DNA of 63,486 nucleotides from Candidatus Woesebacteria bacterium GW2011_GWA1_44_23 (GTDB lineage Bacteria; Patescibacteriota; Microgenomatia; UBA8517): NCBI GenBank assembly GCA_001001045.1, contig LCIL01000004.1, positions 1 to 63,486 of the forward strand, read 5' to 3'. Shown piece by piece: positions 57,701 to 63,486 of this stretch (position 1 is its first letter; each line of letters starts with the position of its first letter). The notes under the pieces were generated by a model. It saw only the letters and a program-made list of their open reading frames with translations, ran no database searches and was not told where the DNA came from. The position numbers and the translations under genes were made by a program.

Positions 57701-58018
57701 TTAAAATATCTGCCCAAAGAGCGTATTCTCGATTCCAAAAACTTGTCCAAATAGTTGAACTATAAAATACGCAAAGATAATTACCACAAAGCCGATTAAC
57801 GCGTTTGTTATCTTGGCCTGTGCCGATTGCATTGCCTTGGGGTCCCCCCGCGAAGTCATCATCTGTAGGCCCCCCATGACCAGGTAAACCAAGAGGGCAA
57901 TTCCTGCAGCACCAAAAACATATGGCAGCGCATTTCCGATTAGACCGGCAATGTCAGCCGGGATTTTGTTCCCTAAGGCACTTGCTTGAATTTCTTCCAG
58001 GTTTTGAGCTAATAACAT
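57701..58018 (-). CDS. VirB2/TrbC-like pilin 2
   Basis: GGLQMMTSRGDPKAMQSAQAKITNALIGF. Confidence 0.85.
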   Translation of the reverse strand: MLLAQNLEEIQASALGNKIPADIAGLIGNALPYVFGAAGIALLVYLVMGGLQMMTSRGDPKAMQSAQAKITNALIGFVVIIFAYFIVQLFGQVFGIENTLFGQIF

Positions 58019-58029
58019 AAATTGTTAAA

Positions 58030-58581
58030 CTACGGGGTTGCCCCGAAACCGAACTGATCTAATCCCAGTATATCAATTCCAATAAATTTAAGTACAAATA
58101 TCGAAAGCACCAAAAGAATAAGACCCGAGATCGCAGAAGTCAAAAGTTCTTGTCCTGCCTTGAGCCGCTCGGGGCTTCCGGACGCGGTCATAATCATAAA
58201 TCCTGCATAGAGAATCAGGAGAAAGGCAATCCCGCCCCCGATCCCGACAGCCCACTTTAATATATCCGACAAGAAGGCCTCTGGAGAGTCAAGAACGCGG
58301 ATGCAGCCGATGGCAGTGTTAATCCCGTTTTCGTTTTCAGCGCATTTAACACCACCAGTAACCGGTGTGGTTGGATCTGGACGACAGGTACACTCGCACA
58401 AAGCAGAAGAAGCGCATGTTGGATGATATCCCTCATCACAGTTGTCTAGTCTTTGTATGCACTGGTCTGTAAGAATCGGGTTGCAATCACAAGTGCCTTG
58501 GGCGCGGCTGTTTTTCGGAGCGATGAAAAAGAAGATGGAGATAAAAAACAAAACCACAAATAATATTCTTTTCATTACCAT
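58030..58581 (-). CDS. VirB2/TrbC-like pilin 1 with signal peptide and Cys-rich N-terminal head
   Basis: Signal peptide ..NSRA-Q; 10 Cys; INTAIGCI; AGFMIMTASGSPERLKAGQELLTSAISGL. Confidence 0.82.
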   Translation of the reverse strand: MVMKRILFVVLFFISIFFFIAPKNSRAQGTCDCNPILTDQCIQRLDNCDEGYHPTCASSALCECTCRPDPTTPVTGGVKCAENENGINTAIGCIRVLDSPEAFLSDILKWAVGIGGGIAFLLILYAGFMIMTASGSPERLKAGQELLTSAISGLILLVLSIFVLKFIGIDILGLDQFGFGATP

Positions 58582-58640
58582 TACATTCTAGAACAATTGA
58601 TAAAAAACTAAAAGACACAGGCTGGTATAATGATTAGCAT

Positions 58641-60218
58641 ATGCATTTCAAATTCAAATTATTGCTGATTATATTATTGTTCCCCGTTTTATTCTTGTTA
58701 CAAGATACAAGACACAGGATACGAGTTAGTGCCCAAGAATGTCCCGCAACCGATTATCAATGTCAGATTGACGCAATTCAAAGAAGCATCGACGCTATTT
58801 CCCCGGCACAGCAAAAAAACAAGGAAGATTTGGCAGCGCTTAATAAGCAAATTGTCGATTTAAATTCCAAAATTACCAAATTGACCTCTCAACTTAAAGT
58901 TTTAGAAAATCAAATTTTGGGAAGGGAAGAAGACTTGGCTTTTACAAAGGAAATCTTTGATGAAAAAGCCAAGGAGCACTATACGTTTTTAAGGCTCTAT
59001 GATCCTATTACTCCGTAAAACAAGGCAAGTCTTTCTTCCCTTCAATCGCAAGTATCAGACAAGCAAAAATTCTTGGCGGGTGAGGTAGCAAAGGTGGAGA
59101 GCTACCTTTCGACTTTATCCGTAAAACAGAACGAGCTGGCAGCCCTTAAGGCGGGAGGTTTTTCAACAACAGTCGGTGACGTTCCCGCGTCAGTTGAACC
59201 TTGTAGTGGAAAGCCGGGTGCCGGAAATTTTTGTGATCCGGGTTTCCGTCCTGCTTTTGCGGCATTCTCGTACGGAGCCCCGCACAGAAAAGGTATGAGT
59301 CAGTACGGTGCTTACGGCCGGGCGAAAAGCGGCCAGAATGTCGAAACTATTCTTCATGCCTACTATGGGGGGATTGAAATCAAAAAGGATTACTCAACAG
59401 ACATCAATATTACGGTTCAGGGCTACGGACCTGTCAATATAGAAACCTATGTAAAGCGTATTTACGAAATGCCAGCAAGTTGGACCGCTAATGATTCGGC
59501 TGCGCTTAAAGCCCAAGCCGTAGCCGCCAGAAGCTATGCATTGGCCTACACAAATAACGGAGCCAATTCCATTTGCGCAACAGAATCGTGTCAGGTTTAT
59601 AAACCTGTGAATAAGGGCGGCGCTTGGGATGTGGCAGTAGATGCCACAAAGGGGTGGGTTTTGGTTTCGGGAGGAAAGCCATTTTCAGCATGGTATGCAT
59701 CAACCGCCGGGGGCTATACATTTGGTTATTCAGCTCAAGGCTACACAACCCCTAACCTTTGGGACACGCCGGGAGGGCAAGGTGGTTGGCCGAATAACGC
59801 GTACGAGATCGCAGGAGGTTCACCCTGGTTTTACAAGGGGTGGTATAAGGACAGAAGTGGAGCGTCGTGTGGTCGGAGTAATCCCTGGTTGACATCAACC
59901 GAGATGGCGGACATTTTAAATGCCTGGAGAGTGTTATATGACGGAGCCGGAGGAGACGTATCCAGGATAGTTCCCGTGTCATGCTGGGGAGGAAACCCGT
60001 ATAGCACTTCTGAGTTAGCTGCAATCGGTGGCTTTACAAATGTCACCTCCGTCAACACTGCTGTTTACGGAAGTAACGGATCTACGCTCAATATTACTTT
60101 TCAAACAAACAACGGGTCCAAGACAATCCCCGGTGACCAACTCAAAAAAGCCTTTAATTTGCGCGCACCAGGGTACGTTGGTGTTAAATCCTCACTTTTC
60201 AATATTGAGAAGCTTTAA
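58641..60218 (+). pseudogene. Coiled-coil plus SpoIID/LytB-domain cell-wall hydrolase interrupted by one in-frame TAA
   Basis: ORFs 58641-59018 and 59073-60218 share a frame: ..YDPITP*NKASLSSLQ..; HRKGMSQYGA, YEMPASW, ALKAQAVAARSY, ESCQVY. May be an assembly error. Confidence 0.7.
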
Positions 60219-60238
60219 GATGGTATAATCATCCTAGA

Positions 60239-60850
60239 ATGCCGGATGTATTTGTTTCCCCCGACAGACAGACTCATAAAGGTACCCCTTCCCCCCAAAA
60301 AAATTTAACCGAGGAAGGTACGAAGAAACTTTTTTCCTCATTTAATCTTTACCCAAGTGGTATTGATTTTGAAACCAGGGAGGATAAGGAAAAAATAATT
60401 TTGATGCTTCGGCAACACCCTGTGGTTAATGTCAAATGGATTTTTACCACCCTTTTGCTTCTCACTGGCCCGACATTCCTAAGTATTTTTGGAATTTTTT
60501 CACTCCTTCCGGAGGGTTTTTCACTCGTAATTACACTCGCCTGGTATCTGGTAACGAGCGCCTATGCAATTGAAGGTTTTCTAAACTGGTACTTTAATGT
60601 TTATTTTGTGACAACAGAAGAAATAATTGATGTTGATTTTTTTAATTTACTTGGTAAAAGAGTGTCGGTGGCCGATCTTGACAAAATTCAAGATGTGAGC
60701 TATTCGACTCATGGTGTCCTCGGAACGGTTCTTAACTTTGGAGATGTTCAAATCCAAACAGCCGCGGAAATAACCGAATTCAGATTTGAATCTGTTCCAA
60801 GCCCCGAAAGGGTGGCAAAATTTTTGGATGATTTAATAGATAAGTATTAA
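60239..60850 (+). CDS. Membrane protein with bacterial PH (bPH_2)-like domain
   Basis: LMLRQHP, two TM, WYFNVYFVTTEEIIDV, IQDVSY...FGDVQIQTA. Confidence 0.78.
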   Translation: MPDVFVSPDRQTHKGTPSPQKNLTEEGTKKLFSSFNLYPSGIDFETREDKEKIILMLRQHPVVNVKWIFTTLLLLTGPTFLSIFGIFSLLPEGFSLVITLAWYLVTSAYAIEGFLNWYFNVYFVTTEEIIDVDFFNLLGKRVSVADLDKIQDVSYSTHGVLGTVLNFGDVQIQTAAEITEFRFESVPSPERVAKFLDDLIDKY

Positions 60851-60852
60851 AA

Positions 60853-61077
60853 ATGGAAAACATATTAACCACAGGCTTTGATATATGGATTTTAATTAAA
60901 GCACTTGCTTTAATTATTCTAGGGATGTACCTTGTTTTTGCCTTTGTGATTACACGGCAGGTAAAGCTCATGACGAGCACTTTGCGTTTAGGTTTTGACG
61001 GACCTGCCAAGATTTTGTCATACCTTCATTTGGTTTTTGCAGTTTTAGTATTTTTGGCTGCTCTTGTCATACTTTAA
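60853..61077 (+). CDS. Small two-TM protein (DUF5657-like)
   Basis: YLVFAFVITRQVKLMTSTL pattern. Confidence 0.55.
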   Translation: MENILTTGFDIWILIKALALIILGMYLVFAFVITRQVKLMTSTLRLGFDGPAKILSYLHLVFAVLVFLAALVIL

Positions 61078-61080
61078 TAA

Positions 61081-62976
61081 ATGTTGAGAATAACCAGCGC
61101 AAAAGTAACGGCCGCTCCAGGAGCTTCGGGGTGGGCACAGGTGCATGAGTTTACGCCGGAGGACGTCGAACAAAAAAGTGCCCGGGGACAGCTCATTGCC
61201 GTTATTGGCACAGACAAAGTAGAAGAAGGGATCGGTACGATTGCTTCAGGTAGAGAAATAATTGGCCGGCTTCATGAAGAATATTACGGTCCGACCGAAG
61301 GAAAACCGTTTGACCTATTGAGAAATTCCACACAAAAAGTTGCTGAAGAGTTTGGGGAAGGCCGGGGAAATGTAGAAATTGCCGCCTGCGTGTTTGTCGG
61401 AGGGGTAATCTATTCCGCGGCTTCGGGCGGAGCGGAGGTATTGATTTGCAGGGACGGGGCTCTCGCCACAATTCTGGCGAGTGACGGAGCCGTCATTACA
61501 GCTTCAGGATACCCGAAAGTGGGGGACTTCATGCTTCTTGCAACCAAAGCCTTTTTTCAAAAAATCCCCATCGATATAATCAGGACCGTTCTTTCAGGTG
61601 GAAGTCCGGAGGAGGCGGCGGAAACGTTGAACCCCTTGATACATGTTGAGGGTGTGAATGGGAATCTTGGGGCCGTAGTTATGAAATTTAATAATGAAGA
61701 CGCCCCGCCTATTTTTCAGGAACCCATCAAGCCAGAAACCCAAAGCGAAAAACCCCGGATTTTACCCAAAGACAGTTCGATGAATCTTATTAAACAAAAA
61801 GCGGCGGTTCTATTTAATAAATTTAGAGGAAGGATTCCCAAAAGAAGTATTTATATCAAGCCCGGAATGAGGGATGAGGTTACCTCTCAAAGCAAAAAGA
61901 TGACTTTTTCAGTTGGAGTAATTTTGTTGGTAATCCTCATTGTAAGCATAGGATTTGGCATAAGGCAGAAAGGTATCAATGACCTGAAAAAGAAATACCA
62001 AGGAATTCTTCAAATAGCCCAGAGTGAAGTCGATGAGGCAATCGCTCTTGCCAGCGTGAGCCCAGATAGATCGCGCGAACTCTTTTTAGACAGTGAACAA
62101 AAACTGAAAGAAATTCAAAATCTTAAAGTTACTGATCCGAAAGTTGCCGATTTGCAGAAAAAAATAGAAGAAAGTAAGGGAGCCATTCTGGGGGAATACG
62201 AGGCGGCGCCAACGCTTTTCCTTGATTTAAGTTTACTTTCATCGGGGTTTACGGGAGACACCGTTTCAGCTTCGGGGGGAAACGTCTACATACTGGATAA
62301 ACAAGGAAAAAGAGTGGTCAGTGTTGCCATAGATTCCAAAAAAAGCAAGGTGGTGGCAGGTCCATCCGTAATAGATAGCGTAACCGATTTGGCTGCATAT
62401 CAAGATGCGGTTTATATTTTGGCTGCCGATGGCATTTACCAAGTTGGAATTGGGAAAACCAAGGTTATAGATAAAACCTGGGTAGGAGATGCTCTAATAT
62501 CCGCTTTTGCCGGAAATATGTATGTGTTGGATATATCCGGAAATGCGATTTACAGATACACCGGGCAAGCGGGGGATGCATTCGGTCCCCAGCAAAAATG
62601 GCTTTCAACGTCCACCACTGCAAACTTCTCGGGTGTAACAGGTTGGGGAATGGATGGGGCGATATATGTTTTATTCCCTAATACGAAAATTCTCAAATAC
62701 AGCTTGGGCTCTCCCCAGAGCTTTTCGATTTCGGGGATTTTGCCCGAAATCGGTAATGTTGATGCAATTTACGCAGATCCGGATAACGTTTATATTTACC
62801 TACTGGACAAGGCCGGAAAACGGGTTGTTGTAATAGACAAAAAAGGGAGTTACAAAGCCCAATATACAAATGATCAAATTGCGGAGGCGAAAAGTCTAGT
62901 CGTTTCCGAAGCACAAAAAGAGATAATACTTCTTACGGGGGATAAACTTCTCTCAATCGAGATTAAGCACCTCTGA
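61081..62976 (+). CDS. Degenerate PP2C-like domain, TM, coiled coil, beta-propeller protein
   Basis: N-terminal alternating beta/alpha with GAEVLICRDG and GDFMLLAT; single TM; repeats NVYILD, AVYIL, NMYVLD, AIYVL, IYLLD. Confidence 0.55.
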   Translation: MLRITSAKVTAAPGASGWAQVHEFTPEDVEQKSARGQLIAVIGTDKVEEGIGTIASGREIIGRLHEEYYGPTEGKPFDLLRNSTQKVAEEFGEGRGNVEIAACVFVGGVIYSAASGGAEVLICRDGALATILASDGAVITASGYPKVGDFMLLATKAFFQKIPIDIIRTVLSGGSPEEAAETLNPLIHVEGVNGNLGAVVMKFNNEDAPPIFQEPIKPETQSEKPRILPKDSSMNLIKQKAAVLFNKFRGRIPKRSIYIKPGMRDEVTSQSKKMTFSVGVILLVILIVSIGFGIRQKGINDLKKKYQGILQIAQSEVDEAIALASVSPDRSRELFLDSEQKLKEIQNLKVTDPKVADLQKKIEESKGAILGEYEAAPTLFLDLSLLSSGFTGDTVSASGGNVYILDKQGKRVVSVAIDSKKSKVVAGPSVIDSVTDLAAYQDAVYILAADGIYQVGIGKTKVIDKTWVGDALISAFAGNMYVLDISGNAIYRYTGQAGDAFGPQQKWLSTSTTANFSGVTGWGMDGAIYVLFPNTKILKYSLGSPQSFSISGILPEIGNVDAIYADPDNVYIYLLDKAGKRVVVIDKKGSYKAQYTNDQIAEAKSLVVSEAQKEIILLTGDKLLSIEIKHL

Positions 62977-62990
62977 TGTAAAACACCTCT

Positions 62991-63360
62991 TGGTGGAGAC
63001 GGCGGGAATCGAACCCGCGTCCGAAAACGCTTCCTGCAAAACTTCTACAAGCTTATTGAATTTTTGTGATTTCCTTCAGGTTTAAGCCAATTCACAGGCA
63101 GCCCGAAGTAAGATTTATTTGGCTTAGATGGCAACCTTTAAATCATAAAGTTGACATAGCATCCCGGATTGGTTTACACCCTTTTGATTCAACCGAGAAT
63201 CGAATCTAAGGACGTCAGTTAAGCGTACGCGACTGCGTAGTTAGCTGAAGCTGGCTTATTGAATAAGTTAGCTTTTGTTTTTTGATTCTTGTTTAACGAG
63301 TACTAATCAAACTCGGCTTGCAGTATTGTAAAGAGCTTTCCGTCGAAACCGATCGTCCCC
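62991..63360 (-). ncRNA. ssrA: tmRNA (SsrA), one-piece
   Basis: 5' GGGGACGATCGGTTTCGACG; 3' GCGGGTTCGATTCCCGCCGTCTCCACCA; internal tag ORF 63272-63219. Confidence 0.95.
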
Positions 63361-63363
63361 GAC

Positions 63364-63486
63364 TTAAATCGAACCTTTCAACACTTTTTCTATGTCTCGG
63401 TTTATGTCGCGGCGCTTAAGAGTCTCCTTCTTTTCGAACTTGCGCTTGGCCTTCCCAAGCTCAAGGTAGAGCTTAATTAAGCGGCC
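63364..63486 (-). CDS. smpB: SmpB, 3' fragment
   Basis: GRLIKLYLELGKAKRKFEKKETLKRRDINRDIE; ends 3 nt before ssrA. Confidence 0.93.
   Translation of the reverse strand, partial: GRLIKLYLELGKAKRKFEKKETLKRRDINRDIEKVLKGSI

Noticed and set aside
55553-58581. Pilin array as recombinational antigenic-variation cassettes
   Set aside because: All copies are intact, with no long shared DNA repeats and no invertase nearby.
59016-59018. Stop-codon recoding or alternative genetic code
   Set aside because: All other genes read cleanly in code 11, and TAA and TGA end many bona fide genes; a local lesion explains it better.
40906-62991. T4SS locus as an ICE integrated at ssrA or tRNA-Cys
   Set aside because: No duplicated ssrA or tRNA 3' end was noticed and there is no integrase; ssrA sits in its normal smpB context.
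1-63486. Many 60-240 aa ORF-track entries antisense to or nested in long genes (e.g. 19977-20711, 42400-43098, 17940-18479)
   Set aside because: They are shadows of well-supported genes on the other strand or frame, with no motifs.
1-63486. CRISPR array, IS, integrase or prophage
   Set aside because: No regularly spaced repeats, transposase, recombinase or phage genes were recognised by eye.

Overview
A compact, core-chromosome segment around the replication origin of a Patescibacteria (CPR) bacterium. The lineage is probably Microgenomates; this is inferred from gene repertoire, short aminoacyl-tRNA synthetases and near absence of Shine-Dalgarno motifs. Standard genetic code. 1-34 kb: envelope, glycan, repair and translation genes (LCP, a lesioned PcrA, two FemABX, a UvrD-nuclease, RmuC, MetRS, GT2, GT-C, WecA-like, UbiA-like, tRNA-Cys, CIRCE-controlled groES-groEL, a TsaC-TsaE fusion, TsaD, ValRS, L25). 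34-41 kb: rnhA, an O-antigen-ligase-like gene, jag-yidC-yidD-rnpA-rpmH, dnaA, an oriC with DnaA boxes and DnaA-trios, and dnaN. 41-58.6 kb, the most interesting part: a monoderm-type T4SS-like locus with PrgI, VirB4, a VirB6-like protein, a lytic-transglycosylase-like protein, a membrane protein ending in a HExxH domain with a possible immunity gene, two inserted orphan genes, and eight tandem VirB2/TrbC-like pilin paralogs with internal promoters and a shared vestigial 'KLLA' leader. No relaxase, coupling protein or integrase lies in the window. A broken SpoIID gene, a PP2C-like/beta-propeller membrane protein, tmRNA and the end of smpB follow. Across the window, TAnnnT -10 boxes sit 5-9 nt before start codons, suggesting (near-)leaderless mRNAs. 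Several clean deletions could be genome decay or assembly errors. All family assignments come from motif recognition by eye; no searches were run.
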